Notes: generated by a model not told the origin, from the letters alone. Positions 1-11,618 are shown, counted from the stretch's first letter. The stretch is 64,000 bases of DNA from Poseidonia sp. (GCA_016779705.1 JADHNB010000001.1:1434-65433); one strand, 5' to 3'. Numbers and translations are program-made.

Positions 1-49
1 TTCGGGTTGGCAAAATCACCGTGACCGACACGGGAAGCACTTCGCCCAT
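1..49 (-). CDS. Glycosyltransferase family 2, N-terminal fragment (runs off window edge)
   Basis: Reverse strand from ATG at 49 reads MGEVLPVSVTVILPTR..., matching the GT2 start motif SVIxPxxNE; divergent from the GT4 gene; not in the ORF track. Confidence 0.6.
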   Translation of the reverse strand, partial: MGEVLPVSVTVILPTR

Positions 50-153
50 GACCAACCGAGCCGGAGGTTGCGCTTCAAAGGTTTGGGTTCCAGCATGGCG
101 TCTTCTCGCCTCTCGCTTCAATGACCTTCAAATGTCAACGCCGAGTGGTCTGC

Positions 154-1419
154 ATGATGCACATCGCCATGGTCTCGGGCGAGTATCCACCTCGATGGGG
201 CGGCATCGGTTCCGTGGTGTTTCATTTGGCCGGGCATTTGGCCTCGAGGGGTCACGATGTCACGGTCATCACGAGAAGTCACCAGCACGCCACGCCCCAG
301 CAACCGGGGGTCAGCGTGCTGCACGTCCCGTGGCTCAAGGCACCGATGATGTTCACCCGTTCCTACGGCAAGCACGCCTTGACCGAACTGCGTCGTTTGC
401 ATCAGGTCAAACCCGTTGATGTCGTCCACACGCTCCTCCCGTTGGTCAGCTGGACCGCCAAGGAATACCGTTGGGTTGAGGAGACCATCGCTCCGGTGAT
501 TTCGGCCCTCAACGGCAGTTGGGTGGGTGAAAAGGAAGGCATGAAATTGGCCGCCAAACACAAGGAGGCCGCGACGTGGAAGAATCCCAACGATTTGGCC
601 ATCCTGCTCACCGGTGGCTGGTACGCCCGTTACGAACAGGCGGGGGTGGAAGCCTCCGCCATGTGCGTGGCCATCTCGGATTCAACGAAGGAGGAGTTCA
701 ATCGATGGTACCGACCTCCCGCCGATTGGGATTGCCGAACCGTGCTTTACGGGGTGGACCACAAGGTGTTTCGCCCGGTTGACCACGACCATGAAGAGGA
801 ACAATTGGCGTACGAAGCGCTTCGCAAAACCTACGGCGCTGCCGACGAAGCGGCCCTGATCGGCGATGCCAATACCGAAACTCCGTTGTTGTTGGCGGTG
901 GGACGATTGGTGGCTCGGAAGGGCCACCGGACCTTGTTGCGAGCGATGCCGAGCATCCTCAAGGAGCATCCCGGCGCCCGCTTGGTCATCGTGGGCCGGG
1001 GCCACATGCGTCGAACGCTCATGAAGCAGGCCAAACGTTTGGGGGTGGCGCACGCCGTGACGATTCAACCGGGGATGAGTTTTGACCGGCTCGCCCTGCA
1101 CTTCCGCTCAGCGGACCTGGTGATTTACCCGTCGTATTACGAAGGCCAAGGCCTGATTCCCCTCGAAGCCTTGGCCAGCGGCACCCCGGTGGTGACGGTT
1201 GACCAACCGCCCTTGACCGAGATGATCGACGAGACGGTGGGCGGCTTGTTCCGTTGCGGCGACGCTGAAGACCTCGCACGGGCGGTCAATCATAGCCTTT
1301 CCAAGCCTGACCAGCGCAGGGAACAAACGGTGCTTGGTCGCCAACGGGTGTTGGACCATTACACCTACGAACACAACGCCGAGGCGTACGAAGCGTTGTA
1401 CGCCGAACTGGTGGACTGA
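154..1419 (+). CDS. Glycosyltransferase family 4 (GT-B fold)
   Basis: EYPPRWGGIG N-terminal motif, VGRLVARKG, PSYYEGQGLIPLEALASGTPVV (EX7E); start moved from 121 to ATG 154. Confidence 0.92.
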   Translation: MMHIAMVSGEYPPRWGGIGSVVFHLAGHLASRGHDVTVITRSHQHATPQQPGVSVLHVPWLKAPMMFTRSYGKHALTELRRLHQVKPVDVVHTLLPLVSWTAKEYRWVEETIAPVISALNGSWVGEKEGMKLAAKHKEAATWKNPNDLAILLTGGWYARYEQAGVEASAMCVAISDSTKEEFNRWYRPPADWDCRTVLYGVDHKVFRPVDHDHEEEQLAYEALRKTYGAADEAALIGDANTETPLLLAVGRLVARKGHRTLLRAMPSILKEHPGARLVIVGRGHMRRTLMKQAKRLGVAHAVTIQPGMSFDRLALHFRSADLVIYPSYYEGQGLIPLEALASGTPVVTVDQPPLTEMIDETVGGLFRCGDAEDLARAVNHSLSKPDQRREQTVLGRQRVLDHYTYEHNAEAYEALYAELVD

Positions 1420-1470
1420 GGCAGAACCGTAAATCGGAAGGTCATTATCCCTCTTGACGGTGGGCGTGGC

Positions 1471-2952
1471 ATGAAAGGCAACGCCCTGTTTCTGTCGCTC
1501 ATCGTTGTTACGATGTCGCTTTCGGGATGCTTCGGCGAGGACGAGGTCGTTCAGGATACCGTTGAAGAGGAGCCCGAACTCCGCCGAACGTTCGTGACGG
1601 ACAAGTTCGGTCAACTCCTTGACATGGACGTCGAGCCGATGACCTTCCAGTTCAGTGACGTGGGCGAAACGGGCAAGGAGCCGAGCATCGGCATCACCTC
1701 AAGCGGTTGCATCTTTTTCATCGCCATGGAGAAGGTCATGCGTTCGTGCGATTACGGCGCCTCGTGGGAAGAGAGCCAGGACCCGGTGGCCTGTTCGCCC
1801 ACCACCAGCGACCCGTACGGTTGGGTGGACCCCATCACCGACCGCGTCTTCGGCGTCCAAATGATCGGGCTTGAAACGTCGTGGATCTGCTGGAGCGACG
1901 ACGACGGCGAAACTTGGATGGGCAACCCTCACGATTCGGGGACCACGCCCATCAACGACCACATCAAATTGGCCAGCGGTCCGTGGACGGACAGCGGTTA
2001 CGGTGCTTTGGGGCAAATCACCACCAACTTCTACGAAACGGCCGTCTATTACTGCTACAACAAACTCGCTGGGATTTTCTGCTTCACCAGCGTTGACGGC
2101 GGCGCTACCTTTGAGCTGGGCGGCCAAATCATTGGCCTCGCCACCACCAACGGCGGTTTGCACGGCGCCATCTCCACCGCTCCCGACGGCACCGTCTACG
2201 TGACGCCCCGTGTGGCCACCCCCACGGTCATCGTCTCAAAAGACAACGGTTTCTCATGGTTTGAGCGCACCATGGGCGAGGACACGGGCACCCCCAACCC
2301 TCGCAAGAACTCGGAGGTCTCGGCCGATTCGGATTCCAACGCCTATCACGTCTGGACGGGCGGGGACGAGGGCGTCTACATGTCCCGTTCCTTTGATTCG
2401 GGTGAAACTTGGGACCAAGAGAGCATCCGCATCTCTCCGGTGAACGTGATTTCCTCGGTCTTCCCGCAAACGGATGCGGGTGATGCAGGTCGGATTGCCA
2501 TCACGTACTTGGGCAGCGAAAACGCAGCGATGCTCAACCAATCCGACATCGATGGCAACCCGTGGAACGGCAACGCTCACTACGCTCCGAACAACGCCAC
2601 TTACCACCTTTACATCACCTACTCCCTCAACGCCTTGGACGAGAATCCCATCTTCCACACCTACCGGGTGACCGACGACCCCGTTCAAGTGGGCTCCATC
2701 TGCCTGAACTCCGGCGACTGCCGTGACATCGGTGGGTCGAACCGCAACCTGCTCGACTTCAACGACCTGCACATCGACCGCGAAGGACGGGTTTACGTCG
2801 CCTTTGCCGACGGTTGCACCGGAGACTGCGCCACCAACGAGAACGCCACGGCTCAGGACTCTCGGGACGGGCGCGGTTCGGTCTACTATCTGGCCAGCGG
2901 CCCCAGCCTCTACGCCGAGTTTGGAACGCTGATTCCGTTGCTCGACGATTGA
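1471..2952 (+). CDS. Secreted lipoprotein with BNR/Asp-box repeats (sialidase-like beta-propeller)
   Basis: Signal peptide with lipobox LSGC; five Asp-boxes SCDYGASW, SDDDGETW, SVDGGATF, SKDNGFSW, SFDSGETW. Confidence 0.8.
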   Translation: MKGNALFLSLIVVTMSLSGCFGEDEVVQDTVEEEPELRRTFVTDKFGQLLDMDVEPMTFQFSDVGETGKEPSIGITSSGCIFFIAMEKVMRSCDYGASWEESQDPVACSPTTSDPYGWVDPITDRVFGVQMIGLETSWICWSDDDGETWMGNPHDSGTTPINDHIKLASGPWTDSGYGALGQITTNFYETAVYYCYNKLAGIFCFTSVDGGATFELGGQIIGLATTNGGLHGAISTAPDGTVYVTPRVATPTVIVSKDNGFSWFERTMGEDTGTPNPRKNSEVSADSDSNAYHVWTGGDEGVYMSRSFDSGETWDQESIRISPVNVISSVFPQTDAGDAGRIAITYLGSENAAMLNQSDIDGNPWNGNAHYAPNNATYHLYITYSLNALDENPIFHTYRVTDDPVQVGSICLNSGDCRDIGGSNRNLLDFNDLHIDREGRVYVAFADGCTGDCATNENATAQDSRDGRGSVYYLASGPSLYAEFGTLIPLLDD

Positions 2953-3034
2953 GGTGGCAACCGACGGTTTTCCCTCCGAAAAAGCCCCTCTGGACATGGT
3001 GAAGGGTTCAAAACGATGACGCCGTCCGGATATC

Positions 3035-3991
3035 GTGGACGTCGCTTCGTTGTACAGGAATGCCGCAAGCGGCCTTCCGTTTTCGTTAGAAATCCTCCCC
3101 CCCGACCGAGGGCTGGGTCTTGAAACCATTCACGATTTTTTCAACAGCCTTGATGGATGGCTACCTGCCTTTGTTAGCGTCACCTACCACCAAGCCCACA
3201 AAATCGACCGAATGAATGAACACGGCCAGATGGAGCAGATTTGGAACCGAAAAAAACCGGGCACGCTGGGTGTCTGCGCCATGCTGAAGTTTCAGTACGG
3301 TCTTGATGTCATACCGCACGTCATTTGCGGTGGTTTTTCGAAATTTGAATCCGAGGATTTCTTGGTTGACTTGGACTACCTCGGTTTCAACCACGTGTTG
3401 GCCCTTCGCGGCGACCCAAACAAGACCGAACCCCATTTCATTCCCCACCCCAACGGGAACACCTACGCCAACGAGTTGGTCGAGCAAATCGTTGACATGA
3501 ACGCCGGAATATACCTTGAAGACGTGAGCGAAGCGAGAGCCACGAACTTTGAAATTGGCGTGGGCGGATACCCCGAGGTCCATTCGGAAGCCCGCGATTT
3601 GGCAGAAGAAATCACCAACGTTAAGCGGAAAATCGACGCTGGAGCATCGTTTGTGATCACCCAGATGTTCTTTGATAACGACTGCTTCTATCGGTTTGAG
3701 GAAGCCTGCCGTGAGGAAGGCATTGATGCCCCCCTTATTCCGGGAATCAAGGTTATCACCTCAAAACAACAACTCACGGTCTTACCCGAAATTTTCGGCA
3801 CGAGCATCCCCCAGAACCTCATGGACGAGGTCAATGCTTGCGAAACCGATGAGGAAGTGCGTCAGGTTGGGATTGACCATGCGGTCCAGCAAGCACGAGC
3901 CTTGCTCCAACATGGCGCGATTGGTGTGCACTTTTTCACGATGAACAACAGCCGTGTGTTCAACCAAATTCTCCGAGCGTTCAGAGGGTGA
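3035..3991 (+). CDS. metF: 5,10-methylenetetrahydrofolate reductase
   Basis: FSLEILPP, FVSVTY, VLALRGD, GYPEVH, KIDAGASFVITQMFFD, GVHFFTMN motifs; directly upstream of metH. Confidence 0.93.
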   Translation: MDVASLYRNAASGLPFSLEILPPDRGLGLETIHDFFNSLDGWLPAFVSVTYHQAHKIDRMNEHGQMEQIWNRKKPGTLGVCAMLKFQYGLDVIPHVICGGFSKFESEDFLVDLDYLGFNHVLALRGDPNKTEPHFIPHPNGNTYANELVEQIVDMNAGIYLEDVSEARATNFEIGVGGYPEVHSEARDLAEEITNVKRKIDAGASFVITQMFFDNDCFYRFEEACREEGIDAPLIPGIKVITSKQQLTVLPEIFGTSIPQNLMDEVNACETDEEVRQVGIDHAVQQARALLQHGAIGVHFFTMNNSRVFNQILRAFRG

Positions 3992-3997
3992 ACCACC

Positions 3998-6900
3998 ATG
4001 TCTCCGAAGGATGAACTGGAGCGGATGGCTCGGGAGCGGATGCTCATCATCGACGGTGCCATGGGTACCATGATTCAGCAGCATCGCTTGCAAGAAGAAG
4101 ACTTTCGTGACGCGCGCTTAAAGGACCATTCCATCGACCTGAAAGGCAACAACGAGATGCTCAACATCACCCAACCCCATCTCATCGAAACCATCCATAC
4201 GCAATACCTCCAGGCTGGCGCCGACATCATCGAAACAAACACGTTCGGTGCCACCAGCATTGCTCAATCGGAATACGGCTTGAGCGACCGTGTGGTTGAG
4301 ATGAACGAGCGAGCGGCGAACATTGCAAAGGAAGCTGTACGCAAACATCAGGAAAAAACGGGCAAGCGTTGTTGGGTGGCGGGAGCCATTGGTCCGACCA
4401 ACGTCACGCTTTCGGCCTCTTCGGATGTGGAAGATCCCGCTGCTCGAGCGGCGACTTGGGATGAGGTGTACCACGCCTATCTTGAACAACTGCTCGCCCT
4501 CATCGATGGCGGCTGTGACATCATCCTCATCGAGACGATTTTTGACGTCCTTAACGCCAAAGCCGCCATCAAGGCAACCCTGGATGCCTTTGAGTTGAAA
4601 CAGGTTGAATTGCCCATCATCATCTCGGTGACGTTCATTCAAGAAGAAGGGGACCGGACCGTCTTTGGACAGAGCGTTGAAGCCTTTTGGACCACGGTCA
4701 AGCATGCACAACCGTTCAGTGTTGGCATCAATTGCGGATTGGGAGCCACCGGCTTGAGAAGCAAGTTATCCACTCTCGCCAACATCTGCGACACCCGGAC
4801 CCACATCTATCCAAACGCAGGATTACCCAATCCCCTCTCTCCCTCGGGATTTGATGAAACGCCCCACATCACCGCCGCCCACATCACCTCGCTGGTTCGA
4901 GACGGCTTGCTCAATCTCGTAGGGGGATGTTGCGGCACCACCCCCGAACACATCCAAGCCATCCACGATTCGGTTCAAGGATTGCCTCCTCGTGTCCCGG
5001 GCCAACCAAGTGAGGTTCCGACCTACGCCGGTTTGGATGTTTGCAGCGTTCTTCCCGACTCCAACCTCATCATGGTTGGGGAGCGAACCAACGTCACGGG
5101 TTCGGCTCAATTTCGCAGGCTCGTTACGGCGTTGGACTTTGAAAACGCCGTGGAAGTCGCACGGGACCAAGTGCAAAACGGCGCCAACATCATCGATGTC
5201 AACATGGACGAGGGCTTGATCGAAAGCGAAGCGGTCATGACCCGTTTCCTCAACATGATCGCCACCGAGCCCGAAATTGCCTCGGTTCCCGTCATGATCG
5301 ATTCCTCAAAATGGAGCGTGCTCGAGGCTGGGCTCAAGTGCGTTCAAGGCAAGCCCATTGTCAACTCCATCTCCCTCAAAGAAGGCGAAGCGGTTTTCCT
5401 CGAGCAGGCGAAGACGATTCATCGCTACGGTGCGGCCGTGGTCGTGATGGGGTTTGACGAGACCGGTCAGGCCGAAAGCGTGGAACGGAAAGTGGAAATC
5501 GCCCTCAGGGCTCAACGTCTCCTGGTTGAACAGGTGGGTTTTCACCCCTCCGACATCATCCATGACCCCAACGTCCTCGCCGTCGCCACGGGCATGGGGG
5601 AGCACGATAACTTCGCAAAAAACTACATTGAGGCCACGAAGATCATCCGAGAAACGTGTCCACAATCAATGGTCAGCGGCGGCATCAGCAACCTCTCCTT
5701 TTCCTTTCGGGGTAACGAAACGGTTCGCCAAGCCATGCATGCCGTCTTCTTGCATCACGCCATCGGCGCAGGTCTCACGATGGGCATCGTGAATCCTTCC
5801 CATCTGACCATCTACGAGGACATTGAAGATGCCTTGTTGGAGATGGTTGAGGACGTGATTCTCAACCGCCGCCCCGATGCAACGGAACGCTTGGTGTCGA
5901 TGGCGGACCGTTTTTCAACACAACGGAGCCTTCAGGAAGATGCAAAGGAATGGAGAGAACACGACGTCGCCAAACGATTGGCCCATGCCTTGATTCACGG
6001 CATCACCGAATACATCGAGCAGGATGTCGCTGAAGCCTACGACGACGTTGGTGATGCCTTGAGCATCATTGAGGGCCCGCTCATGGACGGGATGAACATC
6101 GTTGGAGAGTTGTTTGGTTCGGGCAAAATGTTTCTTCCCCAAGTCGTCAAAAGTGCCCGAGTGATGAAGAAAGCCGTTGCATGGTTGGAACCCCACATGC
6201 ATCAGGCTGAAACCGAGCAGAAAAAACGAGCCGAAGTCGTGCTTGCAACCGTCAAGGGAGACGTGCATGACATTGGAAAAAACATCGTGGGGATCGTGCT
6301 GCAATGCAACGACTACGCCGTCCATGACCTTGGCGTCATGGTGCCGCTGTCCACCATTTTGGACAAGGTCGAAGAGGTGCAGGCCGATGTTCTCGGCCTG
6401 TCCGGCCTCATCACGCCCTCCCTTGATGAAATGATTGAAGTGGCCAAGGAAATGCAACGAAGGGGCATGACCATCCCGTTGTTGATCGGTGGCGCCACCA
6501 CCTCGCGCCAGCACACGGCGGTGAGAATCAACCCCGCCTACGGAGCAGAGGTGGTGCACGTGAAGGACGCCTCGCTCATTTCAGGGGTGCTCAATCAATT
6601 GCTGGATGAAGAAAAGCGGTTGGAATTCAGAAAGACACTCGACGAGGAAAACCAACGATTGACGGCGCTGTACGAGCGAAAAATCAACCAGCCCTTACTC
6701 ACGTTGGAAAAAGCACGACAACGAAAACCGGATTTCGAGTTTAACGAACAGACGTGCTCCAAGCCCCCGTTCACCGGTGTGAGAGCGTACTCGCTCAGCC
6801 TTGAAGCGGTCGAGCCGTACATTGACTGGAACTTCTTTTTCACCGCTTGGAACATGAAAGGCACCTACCCCGCCATCCTTGCCCATCCCGAAAAAGGCGA

Positions 6901-7642
6901 AGCGGCGAGGGATGTGTTTGAAAACGGGAAGAAGATGCTGGCGGAGGTCATGCACAACCGGTCGCTTTACATCAAGGCCATCGCTGGTTTTTGGCCAGCT
7001 CATTCAGAAGGCGATGATGTTGTGATTCAAGGCGAGGAAGAGCACCGATTTGCCTTCTTGAGGCAACAACGGAGTGTGGGAGAACGGAACCTTTGCCTCG
7101 CCGACTTTGTGGCCCCCAGCGACGAGATTCAAGATCATGTGGGCGCCTTTGCCGTCGCCGTTCACGGAACCGAGGCGCTCGCACACGCCTTTGAAGCCGA
7201 GCAAGACGATTACAACGCCATCATGATCAAAGCAATCTCAGACCGACTTGCTGAAGCAAGCGCCGAAAAATTGCATCAAATGGTCCGAGCAGAATGGGGC
7301 TTCCCCGATGGTGAAGACATGACGCATGAACGCTTGATGAAGGCCGATTACCGCTCCATCCGCCCGGCCTTTGGATACCCCGCTTGTCCCGACCACAGCG
7401 ACAAACGCTCGCTTTTTGCGCTCTTGGACGCTGAAACGCACGGGTTCCAACTCACCGAGTCCTGTGCTACATCACCCGCTTCAAGCGTGTCAGGGTTGTA
7501 CTTTGGCCATCCCGAAGCCACCTATTTCGGCGTCAATCGAATCGACGAAGGCCAGGTGATGGATTTGGCGCAACGCAAACGAATTCCCCGAAGGGAAGTC
7601 GAGTATTGGCTCGCCTCCATCATTGATTACGACCCAAACTGA
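3998..7642 (+). CDS. metH: Cobalamin-dependent methionine synthase (Hcy, pterin, B12 and AdoMet domains)
   Basis: [20 protein letters not shown] (Zn), [36 protein letters not shown] (B12), [12 protein letters not shown]. Confidence 0.97.
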   Translation: MSPKDELERMARERMLIIDGAMGTMIQQHRLQEEDFRDARLKDHSIDLKGNNEMLNITQPHLIETIHTQYLQAGADIIETNTFGATSIAQSEYGLSDRVVEMNERAANIAKEAVRKHQEKTGKRCWVAGAIGPTNVTLSASSDVEDPAARAATWDEVYHAYLEQLLALIDGGCDIILIETIFDVLNAKAAIKATLDAFELKQVELPIIISVTFIQEEGDRTVFGQSVEAFWTTVKHAQPFSVGINCGLGATGLRSKLSTLANICDTRTHIYPNAGLPNPLSPSGFDETPHITAAHITSLVRDGLLNLVGGCCGTTPEHIQAIHDSVQGLPPRVPGQPSEVPTYAGLDVCSVLPDSNLIMVGERTNVTGSAQFRRLVTALDFENAVEVARDQVQNGANIIDVNMDEGLIESEAVMTRFLNMIATEPEIASVPVMIDSSKWSVLEAGLKCVQGKPIVNSISLKEGEAVFLEQAKTIHRYGAAVVVMGFDETGQAESVERKVEIALRAQRLLVEQVGFHPSDIIHDPNVLAVATGMGEHDNFAKNYIEATKIIRETCPQSMVSGGISNLSFSFRGNETVRQAMHAVFLHHAIGAGLTMGIVNPSHLTIYEDIEDALLEMVEDVILNRRPDATERLVSMADRFSTQRSLQEDAKEWREHDVAKRLAHALIHGITEYIEQDVAEAYDDVGDALSIIEGPLMDGMNIVGELFGSGKMFLPQVVKSARVMKKAVAWLEPHMHQAETEQKKRAEVVLATVKGDVHDIGKNIVGIVLQCNDYAVHDLGVMVPLSTILDKVEEVQADVLGLSGLITPSLDEMIEVAKEMQRRGMTIPLLIGGATTSRQHTAVRINPAYGAEVVHVKDASLISGVLNQLLDEEKRLEFRKTLDEENQRLTALYERKINQPLLTLEKARQRKPDFEFNEQTCSKPPFTGVRAYSLSLEAVEPYIDWNFFFTAWNMKGTYPAILAHPEKGEAARDVFENGKKMLAEVMHNRSLYIKAIAGFWPAHSEGDDVVIQGEEEHRFAFLRQQRSVGERNLCLADFVAPSDEIQDHVGAFAVAVHGTEALAHAFEAEQDDYNAIMIKAISDRLAEASAEKLHQMVRAEWGFPDGEDMTHERLMKADYRSIRPAFGYPACPDHSDKRSLFALLDAETHGFQLTESCATSPASSVSGLYFGHPEATYFGVNRIDEGQVMDLAQRKRIPRREVEYWLASIIDYDPN

Positions 7643-7679
7643 CCGGATTCCCAACGAGAGCGGTGCTCTCTGTGCTTGT

Positions 7680-8672
7680 TCAAGCGAAATAGCGGGCTCG
7701 CAACTTTCGCAGGCTGAGCCGCACACCAAACAGCAGTTTCCGCCACGACGACAAGGTCACCGGCTGACTGAACACGTCGCCCGAGCGGCGTACGATTTCG
7801 TTCAAAATGGAAGCATAAGCGTCGGCCATGATCTCCGGTTGAACCCGTGCTCGTGCGTCGAGGTAACCGAACAGGTGGCTGGCCGAGGCCTGATGGCGCT
7901 TGACGACGTCCATGTATTCAACGATGAAGCCACGCCAGGCGAGGGATTGAGCGACGTTCCCACCCTTGAGCATCTCAAGGCTGATGTTGTGAGAGGCCAG
8001 CACCTCTTGCGGGAGATAGATGCGCCCCCGCTCCATGTCCTCGTTGATGTCACGAAGCACGTTGATGAGTTGCATTTGGATGCCGAGGTCGATGGCGTGA
8101 AGGCGAGCGGCGCGGTCTTCGTAGCCGTAGATCTCAATGAGGATCAGGCCAACGGCAGAGGCGACCTTGTAGCAATAGGAGCGCAGTTCGTCCCACGTTT
8201 GGTTTTGGACGGGGTAGAGGTCGTCTTCCATGCCTTCGATGACCGTTTCAAAGTCGTTGAGTTTGATGGGGTAACGAGCGAACACGTCTTGGAGAGCGAT
8301 GAAGATGGGATGGTCGTTGGCCGTGATGGTTTGGTCAAAGGCTTGCCCGATTTTCATTCGGATTTCGGTGAGGGCCATCAAGCGGCGACGGTGCTCTTCC
8401 GGGGGGAGAACCGGCACTTTTCCGGCGTGAATCTCGTCAACCAAACGCTGTCGTTGATTCGTGGCCACCCGAAGCGCTTCCGTTTCGGTCACGTTGGGTT
8501 CTTCGTCGCCATCAACGATGTCATCCACCCATCGACACAAGGCATAGACGGCATGAACGGCTTTCCGTTTCTCGAGTTGAAGGGCGCTAAACGACGAGTA
8601 GAACGTGGTTGAGGCCTCTCGGCACACCGCTTCACAATAGTCGTAAGCGTTGGCGAGGAGAAGCGACTTCAT
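7680..8672 (-). CDS. crtB: Phytoene/squalene synthase
   Basis: STTFYSSF, YALCRWVDDIVD, YCYKVASAVG, QLINVLRDINEDMERGRIYLP; start moved to ATG 8672. Confidence 0.9.
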   Translation of the reverse strand: MKSLLLANAYDYCEAVCREASTTFYSSFSALQLEKRKAVHAVYALCRWVDDIVDGDEEPNVTETEALRVATNQRQRLVDEIHAGKVPVLPPEEHRRRLMALTEIRMKIGQAFDQTITANDHPIFIALQDVFARYPIKLNDFETVIEGMEDDLYPVQNQTWDELRSYCYKVASAVGLILIEIYGYEDRAARLHAIDLGIQMQLINVLRDINEDMERGRIYLPQEVLASHNISLEMLKGGNVAQSLAWRGFIVEYMDVVKRHQASASHLFGYLDARARVQPEIMADAYASILNEIVRRSGDVFSQPVTLSSWRKLLFGVRLSLRKLRARYFA

Positions 8673-8683
8673 GGCGGGACACC

Positions 8684-10306
8684 TCAGGCAGATGTTGGGG
8701 TTCCGCTGGAGGGTTCTTTTGAGGTTTTGTTGACCGCCGCACGGCCTTGCTTGGACCGCTTTCGGCTTTCGAACCACGTGTCAACCCCGTTCCAATCCGG
8801 GATGATGCCCAAACTGTCCAACAAGAGTTTGCTGCTGATGCGTGCCGACTCGTAGATGACCGGCAAACCGCTGCCGGGGTGGGTGCCGCCGCCGACGAGG
8901 TAGAGGTTGTTGATCTCGTCAAACTGGTTCTTTGGTCGTCGCCACAGCATCTGGTCGAGGCCGTGGGCGAGGTTGAAGACGGCACCGCGGTAGCAGTGGT
9001 CGCCCCAATCCTCGGGGGTGATGATCATCTCCGTCACGATGTGGTCACGGATGTTTTCGAAGCCCAGTTTGGATTCGATTTGGTCCAAGATTCGGTCTCG
9101 ATAGGCGTCCTTTTCTTTGGACCAGTCAATGTTCTCGTGGACGTGGGACACCGGGACGAGGGCGTAAACGGTTGAGCACCCTTCTGGGGCGAGTTGCGGG
9201 TCGGTCACGCATGCATTCTGGACGTAGACCGACGGGTCGTCCCAGGTGATTTGGTGGTGTTTTTCGATGTCTTCGAGGTTTTTCTCGTAGGTGGCGGACG
9301 CGTAAATTTGGTGGTGTGGCAGGTGGTCGTAGGTGCGGTCAACGCCGAGGTAAAGCATGAACGTTGAACAGGAATACTTCTTCTTGTCCAGCTTCTTGTT
9401 GTTCCACTTCTTTCGAACGTTATCGGGGAAGAGTTGGGTCATGCCGTTAGCGAAATCAGCGTTCATGATGACGCGGTCGGCGAAAAATTCCCCTTCTTTG
9501 GTCCGCAAGCCTTTGATGGTCTTGCCCTCCATGATGACCGATTCCACGGCTTCGTTCATGCGGAAGGTGACGCCCAACTCCTTGGCGATGCTCGCCATTT
9601 TTTCGCTCACGCTGCCCAAACCACCCATGGGGTGGAAGATGCCGTATTCGTACTCAAGGAACGCCAGCATGGTGAACAAACTGGGGCAGTTGAACGGCGA
9701 CATGCCGAGGTACTTCGTCTGGAAGGACATGGCCAACATCAACCGGTCGTCATCAAAGAGTTTCATCAAATCGCCCGCCACCGAGCGCTGTGGACGCAAC
9801 ACACCGGCCACGCGCATGGCTCGCTTCGAGAGAAGGTCGCTTGGTCCGTACCACGGTTCTTGCAAGCATGCCTTGGATTTCTCGAGTTTGATCCGGTTGT
9901 CGACCACATAGCGTCGGAAAGCATCGGCGTTTTTTGGGCCGGACAACGCACCGATACGCTCGGTCATTTCGTCGAGGTCGCTGGTGCAATCCAATTGGCC
10001 ACCTTGACCGAAGATGAGGCGGTAGTTCATGTCCAGTTTGTGGAGGTTCAACGCCTCGTGAGCGTCGTGGCCAACCGCTTTGAAGATGTCTTCAATCACT
10101 TCGGGGTAGTGGAAAAAGGTGGGCCCAAGGTCAAACTTGAAGCCGTCTCGGTCGAACACTTTGTTGCGCCCACCCACCGCTGAGGAGCGTTCGAAAACGG
10201 TTACTTGAACGCCGGCTTTGGCGAGGAGAAGGGCTGAGGCGAGACCACCGGGGCCTGCTCCGATGATGGCGACGGACGGTGCAGTGCTGCTGGGCATGCT
10301 TCGCAT
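8684..10306 (-). CDS. crtI: Phytoene desaturase (CrtI/CrtN family)
   Basis: IIGAGPGGL FAD-binding motif, FDLGPT, LYLVGGGTHPGSGLP; adjacent to crtB. Confidence 0.92.
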   Translation of the reverse strand: MRSMPSSTAPSVAIIGAGPGGLASALLLAKAGVQVTVFERSSAVGGRNKVFDRDGFKFDLGPTFFHYPEVIEDIFKAVGHDAHEALNLHKLDMNYRLIFGQGGQLDCTSDLDEMTERIGALSGPKNADAFRRYVVDNRIKLEKSKACLQEPWYGPSDLLSKRAMRVAGVLRPQRSVAGDLMKLFDDDRLMLAMSFQTKYLGMSPFNCPSLFTMLAFLEYEYGIFHPMGGLGSVSEKMASIAKELGVTFRMNEAVESVIMEGKTIKGLRTKEGEFFADRVIMNADFANGMTQLFPDNVRKKWNNKKLDKKKYSCSTFMLYLGVDRTYDHLPHHQIYASATYEKNLEDIEKHHQITWDDPSVYVQNACVTDPQLAPEGCSTVYALVPVSHVHENIDWSKEKDAYRDRILDQIESKLGFENIRDHIVTEMIITPEDWGDHCYRGAVFNLAHGLDQMLWRRPKNQFDEINNLYLVGGGTHPGSGLPVIYESARISSKLLLDSLGIIPDWNGVDTWFESRKRSKQGRAAVNKTSKEPSSGTPTSA

Positions 10307-10319
10307 GGGAGGTCAAGAG

Positions 10320-10327
10320 CATATAAA
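10320..10327 (-). promoter_or_regulatory. Archaeal TATA box of crtI-crtB (probably leaderless transcript)
   Basis: Minus strand TTTATATG about 15-25 nt upstream of the ATGs at 10306/10297, in an AT-rich gap. Confidence 0.6.
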
Positions 10328-10343
10328 GGGGGGTTTTTGTCCT

Positions 10344-10361
10344 AAAAAAAACTGAAAAAAT
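10344..10361 (-). terminator. Oligo-T tracts after the ABC1 kinase gene (archaeal-type intrinsic terminator)
   Basis: T6 and T8 runs on the minus strand 12-30 nt after the stop at 10373. Confidence 0.5.
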
Positions 10362-10372
10362 AACAGTGGAAC

Positions 10373-11605
10373 TCACCCGTTGATGATGGCGTGGGGGTCA
10401 ATGAGAACCGAGAATTCATCCAAATACGGTCCCATGGAACTGATCAAATCCACCTCAGGATGACCCTTGAGGACCATCCCGTCCATGTACATGAGCGAGC
10501 GGATGATGGGAAAGGCCTCTTCACCAAAGGCGCAACCGGCCAGCACGGCGGCCTTCACCGTCTTCATCATCTGTTCCGTCAGCGAGACTTCGCTGACCGA
10601 GGTACCGACAAAACCGTCGTACAGTTCGTTCATCGAATCGTAGTACGTTTGAAGGGTTTTTCCGGTGGGTCGCACCGCCGCCATGGTCAGCATGGCGTCG
10701 AAGGCGTTCCGCAATTCGCCCTTGGCCAGGAAATAAAAGAAACCAAACAAGGCGTTGCGCACGTGCTCGGGTGCGTGGCAAATAGCGCCGGTATCAATGA
10801 AATAGAAGTCTCCGGACTCATCCATCATGGCGTTGCCGGGGTGCAAGTCACCGTGGAAGGTGCCAAGGCCGAACATGAACGCGCCGTGAATTCGGAACAA
10901 CTCGAGCATGTCCGTCCAAGCCATCGTGCCCGATTCGAGGTGGTCTTCAAGTGTGGGCGCCGTAATCTCCTCCATCACGAGAACGTGTTCATTGGACAAC
11001 GCCTCCCACATCTTGGGGAAACGGAGCTTGGGCATGGGGAAATGGGCTTCCACCTCAACGGCTTTGGCCATGAGGTCGTTTCGGCCCACGATTTCGTTGG
11101 TCAGGTTGAGTTCGCGCAACGTGTAGTCTTCGATGTGAGCCAACAAACCGATGGGGTTGCCCACCTTCCGAAGTCGAGGATTGAAAAACAACCCTATGCG
11201 AATCCACCGCTTCATGCGTCGTACATCACGACGAAACGACGCTTCAAAATCGGCTTTGATGATCTTGACGACCACCTTTGTGCCGTCCTTGAGAACCGCT
11301 CGGTGGATTTGCCCAATGCTTGCCGCAGCGAACGGCTTGGGTTCAATCGATTGGAAGTGGTCGGCGAATCCTTCGGGGGCAAAACGGTCCAAGAGCGCCT
11401 GAGAGTTCTCTTCGGGAATGGTGGCTGCACGGCTGTACAACCGTTGGAGTTCAATGCAACGTTCGGGCTCGATCAAGTCGGGTCGAAGAGCAAAGATTTG
11501 CCCCAACTTCACCGCCAACAATCCCATCGATTGAATCGCATCGATGTTCACCGGTTTCTTCCCTTTGAGTTGGCGAAAGAAACGGATGAAGGTCAGCAAC
11601 TTCAT
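10373..11605 (-). CDS. ABC1/UbiB/AarF family atypical kinase
   Basis: VKLGQ, FAAASIGQIHRAVL, VVVKI, FHGDLHPGN, FIDTG; start moved to ATG 11605. Confidence 0.9.
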   Translation of the reverse strand: MKLLTFIRFFRQLKGKKPVNIDAIQSMGLLAVKLGQIFALRPDLIEPERCIELQRLYSRAATIPEENSQALLDRFAPEGFADHFQSIEPKPFAAASIGQIHRAVLKDGTKVVVKIIKADFEASFRRDVRRMKRWIRIGLFFNPRLRKVGNPIGLLAHIEDYTLRELNLTNEIVGRNDLMAKAVEVEAHFPMPKLRFPKMWEALSNEHVLVMEEITAPTLEDHLESGTMAWTDMLELFRIHGAFMFGLGTFHGDLHPGNAMMDESGDFYFIDTGAICHAPEHVRNALFGFFYFLAKGELRNAFDAMLTMAAVRPTGKTLQTYYDSMNELYDGFVGTSVSEVSLTEQMMKTVKAAVLAGCAFGEEAFPIIRSLMYMDGMVLKGHPEVDLISSMGPYLDEFSVLIDPHAIING

Positions 11606-11618
11606 GCCGGTCACGTCC

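Noticed and set aside
2953-3034. SAM or cobalamin riboswitch upstream of metF
   Set aside because: Gap is only about 80 nt and has no recognisable consensus
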